A DNA stretch of 64,000 nt from Lytechinus pictus (taxonomy: Eukaryota). Positions 1-13,017 of the stretch are shown here, piece after piece. The DNA lies in assembly GCF_037042905.1 (NCBI RefSeq), contig NC_087250.1, forward strand, positions 1,736,001 through 1,800,000, written 5' to 3'. The notes beneath the pieces are model-generated. The model searched no databases. It saw nothing but the letters and a program-made list of their open reading frames with translations, and was not told the DNA's origin. Every line of letters begins with the position of its first letter. Positions within the stretch are counted from its first letter, which is position 1. The position numbers and the translations under genes are program-made.

Positions 1-1080
1 CTAAGCTGTGTGACAAGATGGCGTATGTACATGATCAATGTCGTTACACGTCTATGGATTACGCAGTGGTAATTCCCTTATTTTCGGGGGTAATTTCCAC
101 GCATGGCTAGGCTGTAATAATGTGAAATGGATGAATGTTGAATATGAATTGAGAGGAATGTCGCAATCAAATAATTTTCAGTAGTCACGGTTACATGGAA
201 CATGATAATAATAGCTTCATGGTGGGAGCGTCTACAATTGATGAACTTCAAAGATTCTTCTATATACATGTAGATTGATATTAATATAAAATGTAAGCAA
301 AGCGATTGGGAAACTAGGTACAGAGATAGTAGCACAGAAAGAGAGAAGGATGGAGAGAGGGGGAAAACCTAATTACGAAATATTTGATATTTCACAGACA
401 AAGTAAGAAAGGGTCGCTTAGTAAATTTTCGGCGTATGGCGAGGTCTTTTTACACTACATGTACAGTATATAAACGGCAACGAAATTTGATAATGAAACG
501 TCACGATTTCACTAATTTCAGAGATTACATGGTTATAGCGTCCCTGATTAACCACGATGGGAGTATCGATGAGAGACGTGCTTCAGTGTTTCTTGTGAAT
601 ATATCAATATGAATAAAAGCAAAGGATTTTTTATAAAAAGGGAGAGAAAATAGAGACACAAGGAATTTGCTAAACAATGAACACTTCACGAAGAAATAGG
701 CAAAGAAAGGAATAAGAGAAAAGAAGGAGAGAGAGAAAGAGAGAGAGATAGTGGGATAACAACTCATGAATATTTGACATTTCACAATCAAAATGGGAAA
801 TAAACGTGGATTGTATAATCGGTACATTGCAATGCCCCATGTGTACGGTATAGTAACAATAGGGAAGCAGGGGAACTGGTAGTGCTGAATTACCCCACCC
901 CAAGGATTTGTCTAGGGGTGTTGTGTATTGTGCAACAAGCATCTCCTTGGAATCGGGCGGGTATGCCCGCCCGATTAAATATAGACATTTAACCCAAATG
1001 TCTTAAATATAGACATTTAACCCAAATCATCTTATGTTTTGTATCAGTCTTTGCTCGTCAAATGTAAACAAAATATTTTA

Positions 1081-1652
1081 AGGACAAGTCTACCCCCCAA
1101 AAAATTGATTTGATTAAAAAGAGAAATATCAAACAAGCATGATGGTGAAAATTTCATCAAAATCGGATGTAAAATAAGATTCACAAAACAGTTATATGCA
1201 CATCCTGGTTGGTATGCAAATGAGGGGACTGATGGCGTCATCCACTCACTATTCATTTTGTATTTTATTATATGAAATGTGAAATATTCTAATTTTCTCC
1301 TCATTGTCAATTGAAACAGCGATTAATTCCTCCCTGAAAATGTGATGTTAGCATTGCTTAATACTATATGATAACGTTAAGTCGGTCCCCATGGTCAAAT
1401 CTGTAAAAAATGAAATATTGTATAATTCAAACAATAAAAAACAAAAGAAATAGTTAGTGATGGACATCATCGACTGACTCATTTGCATGTCATTGAGTTG
1501 TGCATATCACTGTTTTCCGAAAAATAAGCGAATCTTTAAAATGCCATAACCTTTTTGTTTTACATCCGATTTTGATGAAATTTTCAGTGTTAAGCTAGTT
1601 TTATATTCCTGTATTTATTCAAATCAACATTTTTCTGGGGTGGACTTGACCT
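1081..1652. mobile_element. Kolobok-like MITE (TTAA target)
   Basis: Terminal inverted repeats (TIRs) aggacaagtctacccc / ggggtggacttgacct with flanking TTAA, plus internal inverted repeats. The paralogous site at ~57428 is empty (single ttaa). Confidence 0.8.
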
Positions 1653-1785
1653 TTAAAAATCGGGTCAAGGCCTCTTGCGACACGTCACAATCACACCTTT
1701 TTCACTGGTCATATGATTGGAGCTGGTATGAGCTTCACAATAGGTGTATCGATGAGGGCGTGCTTTATTGCTTCTTATGAATATA

Positions 1786-2600
1786 CAGCGCGTCCCAGAA
1801 AAAACGAAACCGAGATTTAGCGATGATTTATCATAACTTAATCATAAATAAGATAGACAAATGACCCACCAATGGAAAGCTTAGAATTTCCTCTTTCATC
1901 TGGTATTACTAAGATTATTGCTCATCAACGCATGAGTGAGCACAAACAATTCGAAGAAAGGATGCCAAAAACTCATTTGGCGGGGGTATCTGAATTTAAA
2001 AAGAAAATCACAAGACTAAAAAGTTCAATATCTGCTCTTTTCTTTGATACCTTAATCACAGAAAATGGTCAAGAAGTGAAAAAGATATGATCCCTCGAAA
2101 CAATGCTTGTATTTCCATAATTTCATTAAATAATTGTGTTTTCACCGGTTTCCCACAAAAGCTATCGCACAGTAACAACAGACTTAATGTATGGCTGATC
2201 GTCAACAAAACGGAGTGTCGAATGAGTTTGAACGCTAGCCTGTAAAACCTTCATTTTATGAAATTATTGAAATTCAAGCCTTATTTCAAATAACCAGAAC
2301 TTTGTTATTTCTTGACCATTTTCTGTAATTGAGGTATCAAATTAAAGAGCAGATATTGAACTTTATAAAAATGTGGTTTTCTTTTTAAAACCCAGATACG
2401 GCCCGCCAAGTGACTTTTTGGTATCCCCTTTTCAAATTGTCTTTGCTCACTCATGCGGGAATGAGAAATAATCTAAGTAATTTCAGATGAAAGAGGAGAT
2501 TCTTAGCTTTAAAATGGTCGGTCATTTGTCTATTGTATTTGTGATTAGGTTATTATAAATCATCGATAAATCTCGGTTTCGTTTGTTGTGGGACGCACTG
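1786..2600. mobile_element. Tc1/mariner-type MITE (TA TSD)
   Basis: ta|cagcgcgtcccagaaaaaacgaaaccgagattt ... aaatctcggtttcgtttgttgtgggacgcactg|ta. The paralogous site at ~57557-57562 is empty. Confidence 0.85.
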
Positions 2601-3436
2601 TATATCAATATGAATGTGATTTAAAGCAAAGGAATGTTTAGTAAACGGGGGAAAAGGATAGACATAAGGAAGGGGAGACAGCATTTGAAACATTTGAAAT
2701 TCCATAAGGTAAGAAAGGAACAGTGAGTGTATAATGAACACATATGGCATGTGTGTAGGGTCTATTTATATCAGAACCGGTGGTGAAAAAGCGTTTGTAG
2801 CGTCAGTTTAAACTGGTTAAGAATTTATTACAATAAAAACAATGGATGTGATTCATGAGCTACGTGATGACAAAAAATAGAACTACATTTTAATGACTCC
2901 ATCTTAACTAATATACCTTTCCGATCCTGTTGAAAAATTGATTGCATCTTACATTATATGAGTTAAATGGGGTAAAGAAGCAGCGACCAAAGATAATAAC
3001 TTTTGAATTGCTGTTGACCTGCACTTGTTCAAGTGACATTCTTTAGTGTTGAATTTCACCATATCATGGTAAGACCCTTTATCCAGGCTTAATACTTTCA
3101 TAAAAATTCAATTCTGACCTTCTCTATGGCTGACAAATGACAGAATGAATTCAATATATTAAGATAAGGATGGTGGACATTTCGACCATGAACAAGCCTT
3201 TTCTCTTTAGAACGTTGTCCTCTTGAAATAATTGACAATCTTCTTTTATGTTGACTCGATTTGTTTCAAACTTGAAATTTGACATCAATATTCCTCCCAC
3301 CCTATCACACGCACAAGTACCCGCGCACACACCCACTCCAAATATTTTCTCTCTCCATTGTACTAACTTTCTCCCATTTTCTACCCCTCATCTCTGTCTT
3401 CCATCTATATCTCTCCTTCTTTTGTAATCCATCCTC

Positions 3437-3440
<4 letters not shown>

Positions 3441-3473
<33 letters not shown>
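3441..3473. repeat. (CA)n microsatellite
   Basis: Directly visible; a paralogous CA tract lies at ~57848. Confidence 0.95.
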
Positions 3474-3477
<4 letters not shown>

Positions 3478-5459
3478 ATAGATCCTCTGTCACACACATA
3501 CTGTCTCTCTCAAATCAATCATCTTTCGCTTCTTCATTCCCTCTCTCTCTCTCTTCCCTTCTGTATAAAATGTGATCTGAATGACCATCAAACAGTGTAC
3601 TCTCCCACTCGCTCTACTCCCTTACATCCCTCTCATCAATAACCACCGGCAGTGTCTTGTAACATAATGAAATAAAATCTTACGATCAGTCATATCACAT
3701 TGTTCGAAATCAGCCTGCTGTAAATATAAACTGACAAAAGAGAAGAGACTGTGATTTATGCCAAACATTCCCCAGAACAATATTTTTCACGCAAAAGAGT
3801 CAAAGTGCGATAGAAAATGAAAACAAAAAAATCAAAGGGAAAGGTCCCACTGACGTCATGTTGCTTCTACACAAGACAAAAATTAACATGAAACATATAA
3901 ATTTAATAGGCGGGGATACATCAAGTATAAAAGAACTACTCATATGTTGTGGCTTCCATTACCAGCTACTCAAAAACACAACTTTATAAGCTTGAATAAA
4001 TTTCCTAATTTATGATTCATGATGAATATATATAACTCATTTTAATTACAACTTATATCACATCAAAAGATAGTAATATTCAGATCATGCACATATCCTC
4101 AGAAACGTATATTATCATTTTTCTTGAAACATTGGGCATGGCAGTCATGTCGAAAATAGCATTAGCTCATCATTATTATTTGGATATATTATAGTCGAAA
4201 TTATATTGATAAGTCTCTTCCATTAAAGATAAATATAAAAAAGTAGTTGCTGTATATAACGATTTTACTAGAAATCAGCCCCCCTACAAAGATAATCAGT
4301 ATATGTATTTTCAAAGATATACCATACGACAACGCACTGAAATTTTAGAAATCAGTATTTTCCAAAACCAACGGTATTCTTGTCATTTTCCACTGTTAAT
4401 CTGCCCAACTCTTAGACTAACCAATGAGGTCTCTACATTATATTCTAAAGATGAAAGAATTTAAAATTACAAAGGAATTTAACTTGGTTTTTTTCTCCAA
4501 TTATCATCATTATAAACACAAATATTCTGAATTCTCACAAATTGATAGATCACGAGGTTATTCATAATTTCATATCACTGAATGTATACGTACAAACTAA
4601 CACCATTTTCGAACAATAATAAGCTTATTACACCATTTTGAAAACAAGTGCAATTTGATGATAAGTGCCTAATTGTTCTACACTATATAAAATGCAATCG
4701 ATATCAATGTCCTTTATACAATTATATTTTGTCTAAGCTCGGTATCATAAAGTTATGTGCACTTTGCTATGAATATGTATTTTGATTTTCACACTATACT
4801 GACCCTTCTTACAAACAACAAATTAGTATACTAGTCACTGTATTCTGGACCGTCGTCTAAATCACTTTCATTAAGTTATTGTTTGGGACCTTTCGCAATC
4901 CTCACGGACGCTAATATTAGGGTCCCCTCACACAAAAGTTAACGCTTAATCATACACTTGATTTTTAAAGATTGATTGTACATCATAGTCAATAGAATAA
5001 AACGTAGAAAACTGCTCTACAATCAATGCTAAGCTTTGTGTTAAAGGGAGGTTACAGGCCCTACAGATCTGCTCTTCGTGTGCAAAATCCGTTCCCGTGA
5101 CACCCGCACCATACATGCATGTATATTGCGACTGATGGCTGGAGATATTCGAAATGCAGGACCTAAAATAGATTATGACATGGATAAGAAAGTGGTTTTT
5201 CGAACAAATCGAGTACATATTGAGTGAGGAAAAACTTACTGAATGAAGGCTTAGATAAAGATCATTACAGTCCATCGAATCGATATTGCATTTTATGGGG
5301 ATTATTGGTGGATGACTGGCAATTGATTTCATGGGTCAGATTACCTCTCCAGCCGAAGCCATTTTCTCAGGGCCATGCCTTATCATGTTTTTAGACCTAA
5401 AGCATGTACCCGGGATACATTATTTATATTATCTATCATTCTTATTCATTTATTTTTAG

Positions 5460-8400
5460 GTGATATCGAAGCTGTATGTGGCCTGTGTAAACACACCCCT
5501 ACTATCACGTGTATTGAACCTGTTCACACATATGAAATGGAAATGCGCAGCTTTTACAAGCTCGTCATGCGCAGACATCCCCGAACTGCAAAGATGATCA
5601 GAGCAATGGTGGCTTTCAAGATACAAAATAGATGGGAATGCATTAGAAATGAAAAGGTATGAAACTGAATGAAACTGATTACATTGATATAAAAATGATG
5701 TAAGTCCGTAATAGTTCATTTCAAGTGAAAATTTAGAAAAGATAAATGATTTTTTTTCTTTGCTTCTGATAAGAATGTGGTCAGATTATAATTTATTTTT
5801 GGCACAGCGTTTGGATGGAAATCCGGGATATTGAATGTAACAGACAATGGGCCCATGTAATACAAGATTATCCCACGTTCAATCCAATATGCCCATCAAA
5901 AGATAGTTCTATCGATATTAATAAAAGTATGGATTAAAAATTATTGCTGAAATACACCGAGGTTTCGATTTTGGAAGTAATGACCACGTATTTGCATTGA
6001 TTTGCTTTTCTGGTATGTTATTTAACAAAAATTAAACATTAAAAAAGGGCATGAAAACATTGTAAGAGCCATGATAGATGGTCGGTTAGTTTTATCTTTA
6101 ACTGTATATATAATTACAAACAGCCGTTAAGTAGGTTTGTAGTATTTACCTTCTATTATCCTTACTTTGAAATCATGTATAAGAACTTAACGTAAAAATA
6201 AGATTGCCAAAGAGATTTTTGTGGAAGTCTTGTTGGCTAAGCAAATTCTTTTCAAATGAAAAAAAAACAACTAACCATTAGCCAATTCAAAGTGCAGTGG
6301 CAGTGAATCATCCTCAATAGTTTTACACCATTTTGGGTAGATTTCTGTTTATTCATAAACCACATATATGTCTTTGCAGGTACCTATCTATCGGACAATA
6401 CTTGAGAAGTTACTGCTCAACGATCTTCAGCAAAATGACGTCAAGGTCGCTCCTGGAAGTAGAGCGCCACTTTCGGTAGCACACAAAAGACTAGCGATCA
6501 ACTCACAAGGACCTGGTTCTCTCTACCGTAAACTCAAAGAAAAACGAGAAAGACATCTTCTTCTGTCGCGTCGGCATTCACAGCTGCAACTTCCCGAGCT
6601 TGGGGAGACGCACAGCAGTGGAGCGGTCATGTCATCGAGATCCTCGACACGCAGAGGTGATCGAGGCCATTCCGCTAAATATACATCTCACAAACAAACG
6701 GACTCTGGTGCATTGCCAAGCCTCTCTGTAGGACATAATCATCATGGTGGACACACGGTGGTAAACATCACTAGTCAAGGGAAAGAGAACTCTAAGACCG
6801 TTGAAGAAAATGACAGTAATAGTAAGATTAAGTGGATCTTACCAGATGATGGATCCATACATATCAAAGATAACAAATCTAAACAGGGTTCCTCAAGGTT
6901 AGGTTCTAGGTCCAATCTTACAATGACTGAAATGGAGCAAGGAGCAGATGGTATATTGATGTCAGGATCGAATCGGAAGTCACCTGGAAGAGAGAATGTA
7001 AAGTTACCTGCACTGGAACATGGTAAAGAAGGAACAAAGAGTGAAAGAAATGTGTTTGTTACAGAGCGGATCCATAATGCAAAAGAGATAGCAACTTCTT
7101 CGAAACAAAGTGTCGAACAAGAGTCAGAACTAGCTTGGGATAATGCTTCTTCTCGTATACCACAATCTGGCAACGATAATAACGAAAGGAACGCGATTAT
7201 CATTCAGAACTGTCTGAGAACGAGAACGCAAGGGATGTATTTGAGGAGAGTGAATTGGAAAGTACTGACAACGACCATATCGGTGACGTCACGGAGGAAG
7301 GCGCAGTTCAGTTGAGGAATGATGTCACAACTTCTTCACCAAAGATCAAAAGATGTTCGAGTACCCGGATGTCTTCAGATTCCTGCAGCGCTCTGGACCA
7401 AGAGGAGTTACTTCAAATTGCGTATGAAACCTATGTTTCAGTGAGCAGCGAAATCAAAAAGTTTCTTGTTAAGGTACAAAATTCATTAAGAAATGAATCA
7501 TGATGTGCCATAATGATAACCCACAGTTACTGTCTGTAAATGTTTTTGATATGTCAAATTGTAATGACCATATGAAGAACATTACGTTGGTAAGAAAATG
7601 TCAACTTGGGTCAATAGGTATTATTGGTATGTTTTAGTAACATGATAGGGTTTGCATTCAAGATCGTCTAGTAGGCATGGTTTGATACTGTGGAAAATTG
7701 AATCTAAATATATAGATTTACAATGTTTGCCTTTTATAGGGCGATTTTAATATTGTTTAGAATGATAATGGTGTACATTCGAAGCCATTTTTTTCAAATT
7801 TACTATTTTTTTCTAAACTGTTTCAAACTGTATTTTGTCAGGATGTAAACATTCCTTTTGCAATTGTTTCTAGGGTGGTTAGACAACCTACAGATGATGT
7901 CATTTTTTATCAAATGAATTCTCTGTAGGCCTATATTATATAGTTATACGTTCTAGGCTTCTCCATACCGCTTCTCCATTTTTAGTAATTAAAAATGTAA
8001 GGTGGCTGCAACACCCTCTTCCCAAAGGAATCCCTGATATCTTCTTCGCTCAAAGTACACATTATAAGTTTTGACATGAATATTTTTTTGTTTTATTCAG
8101 GTCATTGCGGATGCCAAGAAATATGAAAGTAGTCACCCAGCAGGTGTAGAATCTCGACTAAGGCCTATTAATTCAAAGCTGCCACGATTTTTAGATGAAC
8201 AACAGGAAGGTATCGGTCGAGATGACACGTCAGTATCACCTGCTAGAGGCCGTAGAGGCATTCAATCCTCTTCAAGTCAACGGAAGAGTTCAAAGGAACG
8301 ACAGAAGCGACATCATGAATCAACAACAAAGACTATCAGAGGACAAGGGAGACAGCGATCAAAGAGTGAAGGTGATACTGAGCTGAGGTATAAATACAGT

Positions 8401-10188
8401 TCATAGATTCCTTCATTTTAAAGTATGAAACAAATGTTTGCGGCGGGAACGATATCCAGCATTTCATGGAAGTAAAACAGCTGTCTGATTAAAATGTTAT
8501 TTTATTATATATAATGATCAGATTGCATTTTGTGTGGGGCAATCCTAAGCAGTCAAGATGTATCAAAATGGACCTTCTTGTCTTTCGCCTCTTGAATTCC
8601 CACGATTCACACTTCATAACCTCTTTAGTTTGTTTCTTCTTTGCCGTTATCTTATATTCTTAATTTATTGTAATCTCTTTTCCCTCTTTTGCGGCATCTT
8701 CGATTGCGTGTTTTGGTGGATCTACCTTTCCTTGATCCTTTTTCTATTCAGTGCTCTTACTATTTCAGTGTTAACTTGGTTTGTATTTAAAAATAATTCA
8801 ATTGCTTTCATATAATACACTCCGAGTCTGGTACTGATTTTAATGCTACTAATTTCTTGCAGATCATCGGAACTCACTAAGCTTCCTTCTATCAAAAAAA
8901 AAAAAAATTACATCACCCAAGACGTACTATGAGATAGCTAAAGAGCAGCAAAAGGTCAGAGAAATAGCGCCCTCTGCGTTAGATCTTATATATCGTCAGT
9001 TTGGTGCAGTCAAAAAGGTAAGAACGATAATTCACCTCTTTCACACACATTTCGCAAACAGCACATACTACAATTTGTTTTCGCATAGAATTTCGTCGGT
9101 TTAATTGTTTTCACATTGTCAACATAATTTTGTGAGTTTAGATAATGATATAACTGTGAGCATGGGCAGCAATTGATGGAGGGCGGGGGGGGGGGGGGTG
9201 TTTCTCCTATTTGAAATGAGAAATTTACATATTATCCAATAAAGAGGGTCCCCTATCTCCAGGACCAAAATCGCTGCGCATGACTGTGGGTGACAGCTCA
9301 ATACTATTATGATTTTAACATAGATAAGAAATAAAGACGATGTCAATATTTCCTTCGCACGCGGGTATTTTTTCAAGTAGTAAAAGAGGACAAAAAATAG
9401 AAGAACTAAGGAGAATTTGAAAAAGAGATATCTAGATCTCTTTTAATTGATTTGACACAATGACGTCAAAATTAGGTCGAATCCCCCCCCCCTCCCCATA
9501 CCAAGGTGGCACACCCCCTAACTCACATACCCCTTATAAACGGATAATTCATCGAAACATAGTAAAACACTGATCTAGAAATGTTTACATGTTTCGCATA
9601 TGCCAGATTGTTATAATTATACCTATTTGAGGAACTGAAAAAAGCAAAAAATGAATGGTCTGGTCACACATAGTTTCTGAATCTACGTGGAATGGCCGTA
9701 ATACCGTAATTAAAATAGACATAAATGGAATATTTGACAATGTTCTTAATTTTGTAAAAGTATACACTGTAAAAACTGTCGTGTTAAAACTGACACCAAT
9801 TGATGTTAATAGAGGACCACACCCTGAGGTGTTAAAATAACACCCCAGAGATTGAACATAACACCAAAGAGTGTCAATGTAACAACCATGAGGTGTAAAA
9901 CTAACACCACCAATTTAACACCGGTGTAAAATAACTGGTGTGGTCCTCTATGTATACCGGTTAACACCACAGTTTTTGCTGTGTAAAATTTGAAATTTTA
10001 TATAATGTATTTTAATTTTCATTCTGAACAACTTAGAAAAGTTGGTGATGATACCTAATATAATCGTCAACTTGTTTATGGTTTTTTTTTCACAGATGAA
10101 GGCCGGACGTCAGTATAGTGAAGACGATTATAAGAAACTCAAAGACATGCTTGAGCTCAACAAAAACGATACATCAGATATCAAATAA
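5460..10188 (+). pseudogene. 3' part of a spliced gene, probably a cyclic-nucleotide-binding-domain protein with a long S/R/K/E-rich tail. Exons 5460-5656, 6380-7473, 8101-8387, 8863-9017, 10096-10188. Two 1-nt frameshifts (pseudogene or assembly error).
   Basis: All introns are GT-AG. Junctions read GDIEAVCGLCKHTPTITCIEPVHTYEMEMRSFYKLVMRRHPRT...RNEK|VPIYRTILEK...KFLVK|VIADAKKYE...GDTELR|SSELTKLPSIKK...FGAVKK|MKAGRQYSEDDYKKLKDMLELNKNDTSDIK*. Continuity needs frameshifts at ~7181-7190 and in an A14 run at 8894-8907. The first exon resembles the C-terminal end of a cNMP-binding domain (pattern recognition only). Confidence 0.7.
9765..9983 (+). mobile_element. CACT-ended MITE (CMC/EnSpm-like, TA TSD)
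   Basis: ta|cactgtaaaaactgtcgtgtta ... taacaccacagtttttgctgtg|ta, with internal aacacc sub-repeats. Confidence 0.85.
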
Positions 10189-10331
10189 ACCTTTAAATAG
10201 AGTTTTATAGACCATGGCCCTGGGAAGCAAACTGAAAAAGCAAAAAAAAAAAAAAAAAAAAAAAAAAATGAGTTAGTCATACAAACACATTCTGAATCTA
10301 CATGACAATGGCCTTTTGAATGTCATTTTAA

Positions 10332-10898
10332 ACGGGTGCTCCGGGCTGAAAGTATTTATATCTAAATAAATGGAGTAAAAAAAAATGATGAAAATTTTAT
10401 CAAATCGGATAACAAATATCAATGTTATTTAATTTTAAAGATTTGCGTTATTCCGGTGAAACAGTTCTAGGCATGTCTTTATGAATATGCATTAGGTGGG
10501 CATTTGATGTCACATTCCCATTTTCATTTTTTTTTCATGTTATTACATGAAATTATATTTTTTTTAAATTATTTCACAAATGTATAAATGATGTGTCTCC
10601 TTTATGATGAAATAGGTTGCAGCAATAAATAACTAGTGCAGTTAATCACTTGTCAATGTTATATTTTTTGGTAGAAAAAAATTACATTGAAATACAAAAG
10701 AACATGTGGGATATGACATCATCAGCCTACCTAATGAATATTCATGAAGACATGCCTAGAATTGTTTCACAAATCTTTAAAATTCAATAAGTTCGTTTTT
10801 TTGTTATCCGATTTAGATCAAATTTTCAGCATTTTCCTCTGTGAATTTTATACTAAGACTATATTGAGATATAAATATTTTCAGCCCGGAACATCTCT
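10332..10898. mobile_element. Kolobok-like MITE (TTAA TSD)
   Basis: ttaa|acgggtgctccgggctgaaagtatttata ... tataaatattttcagcccggaacatctct|ttaa, with long imperfect internal inverted repeats. Confidence 0.8.
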
Positions 10899-11063
10899 TT
10901 AATCACCGAACATGCTGGTTATCCATTTGTTTAAATTTGTCTGAAATTTAATGAATATCGACATAAATGAACGTTTTTGACAATGTTCATAATTTCTAAA
11001 GCGTCGGTGATGATATATACATAATATAATCATAAACGTGTTTTATATGTTAATAATTCTCAG

Positions 11064-11147
11064 TTGAAGGCCGTGTGTCAGTACAGTAAAGACTGTTATA
11101 AGAAGCTCAAAGAGTATTCTTATAGCTCAGCAAAAGGGATATATTAG
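11064..11147 (+). pseudogene. Decayed duplicate of terminal exon 10096-10188
   Basis: cag|TTGAAGGCC...; LKAVCQYSKDCYKKLKE vs MKAGRQYSEDDYKKLKD, followed by a frameshift. Upstream intron sequence is also duplicated (~10960-11040 vs ~9718-9752 and ~10040-10075). Confidence 0.75.
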
Positions 11148-11319
11148 ATATTAGATAAACATTTTAAATATATTTTCAAAGACCGCATTACATTGTGCGA
11201 TTTGCTGTGATCCTATTTTATTTTTATAGATATAAATCACACGAATCTCTCTTGTACTGATGTTTTTGACTTAATTACACCTGATTCATATTGCTCCTGT
11301 TTGGATTTATTTTGTCTTA

Positions 11320-11558
11320 CACAGCAAAAACTGTGGTGTTAACCGGTGTAGATAGAGGACCACACCAGTTATTTTACACCGGTGTTAAATTGGTGGTGTT
11401 AGATTTACACCTATAGGTGTTATTACAACACATATGGTTGTTACATTTACACTTGTTGGTGTTATGTTCAATCTCTTGGGTGTTATTTTAACACCTCAGG
11501 GTGTGGTCCTCTATTAACACCAATTGGTGTCAGTTTTAACACCACAGTTTTTACAGTG
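11320..11558 (-). mobile_element. Second copy of the 9765-9983 CACT MITE, inverted
   Basis: Near reverse complement of 9765-9983, about 20 bp longer, with TA on both sides. Confidence 0.88.
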
Positions 11559-11696
11559 TAGGGTTAGTGTTGCAATGGGTTTTATGTTAGGTTTAGACTA
11601 AGATTTATGATATGGTACAGTGTTAAATCCAGGGTTTAAGTTGGCAATTCCATTAGTGTGTATCATTCACAGCGGAGTAATTGTCGCCTGAGTAAA

Positions 11697-11825
11697 ACAT
11701 TGGTCACATTTGCTCTACGGCGGCCGAACGGCGAGTCGAAAACAGCCGTTTTATTCATTTTAAGTCTAACAACCTATATATAGTTGGACAAAAAATGTTA
11801 AAACGGCTGTTTTCGACTCGCCGTA
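11697..11825. mobile_element. Left part of a palindromic MITE split by the 15-kb transposon
   Basis: tggtcacatttgctctacggcggccgaacggcgagtcgaaaacagccg...cggctgttttcgactcgccgta. The palindrome is completed only at 26981-27010. Confidence 0.85.
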
Positions 11826-12620
11826 CACTCCCAGAAAAAATGTAACCAACTGGTAAAAATTTTAACCAACAGTTGGTTTCCTGGTGCACCGACCAACTCT
11901 TGGTTAAAAGTTTAACCAACCCCAGTTGGTTAAAGTATTAACCAACTATTAATTAAAAAATTAAAAAAATATTTATTTAATTATTTTAACCAACCCTGGT
12001 TGGTTAAAGAAATTAATCAACAGTTGTTTAAATCTAAGCTTAACCAACCTAGGTTGGTTAATGTCTCAAACCACACACAAAGTTCGCATTCATATCACTT
12101 TGAAATTACAGACACAGTAAATGAGTAAGTCAGTGAACCAATCTTCGCGTTTGAATGAATTTTATTTGAAAAAGCGTACAACTATTCATTACCATGGATT
12201 AAAAACCAAAGTCAAAGCCTTGAAATAACATTCTTTACATAAAAATACAAGTTCTTTGCATTCATAACAAATTCCTCTGAATAATCTGCTTTGCATGAAG
12301 CTTTAAATTTATAAAGAGGTTCCACTACACAATGGTATCTCTTTGTATATAACGAGGTCCTTGGGACCATGAAAATTATCTTATTACATGTACCGAAAAA
12401 CGGGGTGAATATAGGGACAGTTTTTGAAGTTTTTGCATAATTTATCGTTTATGTGACATTGCCAATCGAAAGGATTCTTGTACAACAATATGTCCTTCCA
12501 TGATGGCGTATCATTGGTGACAATGTTTTTTTTCAAACAATGTTAGAATTTATGAACATTCATGAAGATATGACTGTCGAATAGGGACAGTTCGTTTTCA
12601 CGCTTGATTCTTTAAAATAT

Positions 12621-12899
12621 CATGGAAATGGAACAGGGAAATATAAATTGTATAATTTCAAACTAAACTCAACAATTCTATATACATTTTAACAATTTAG
12701 CAGGCATATTTCATGGAAATGGAACAGGGAAATATAAATTGTATAATTTCAAACTAAACTCAACAATTCTATATACATTTTAACAATTTAGCAGGCATAT
12801 TTCATGGAAATGGAACAGGGAAATATAAATTGTATAATTTCAAACTAAACTCAACAATTCTATATACATTTTAACAATTTAGCAGGCATATTTCATGGA
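12621..12899 (+). repeat. 91-bp tandem repeat, 3 apparently identical copies
   Basis: catgga starts at 12621, 12712, 12803 and 12894. Confidence 0.9.
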
Positions 12900-13017
12900 G
12901 AAAACTCTCTTAACGTACTCTTAGATTTTAAATGTTTTAATCCTCTCATTTTGTAGTAGTTTTCGGTTAAGTTTAATGTAGCTGAAAATACCTGAAATAG
13001 TTGTCTGCTTTGTGTCT

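Larger units (their letters stand above)
1..4860 (+). repeat. Local segmental-duplication block, copy 1 (paralogous to ~56400-59750; partial copies at ~33060-35790 and ~43460-44430)
   Basis: Collinear shared anchors. 'gacaagatggcgtatgtacatgatcaatg' occurs at ~12, ~43471 and ~56416. 'attgttcgaaatcagc' occurs at ~3700, ~34445 and ~58511. 'ctagtcactgtattct' occurs at ~4831 and ~35759. Confidence 0.9.

Noticed and set aside
5067-5226. Possible extra upstream exon of the cNMP-like gene
   Set aside because: Open frame after a cag, but no recognisable similarity and no clear compatible donor.
6775-7203. Antisense ORFs here and within the LINE and TRIM-like CDSs
   Set aside because: Shadow frames of real coding sequence, with no motifs.
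6368-7315. Stand-alone 315-aa gene
   Set aside because: Its ATG lies in the intron just before the acceptor at 6379, and the tail after ~7190 is out of frame; it is an internal exon.
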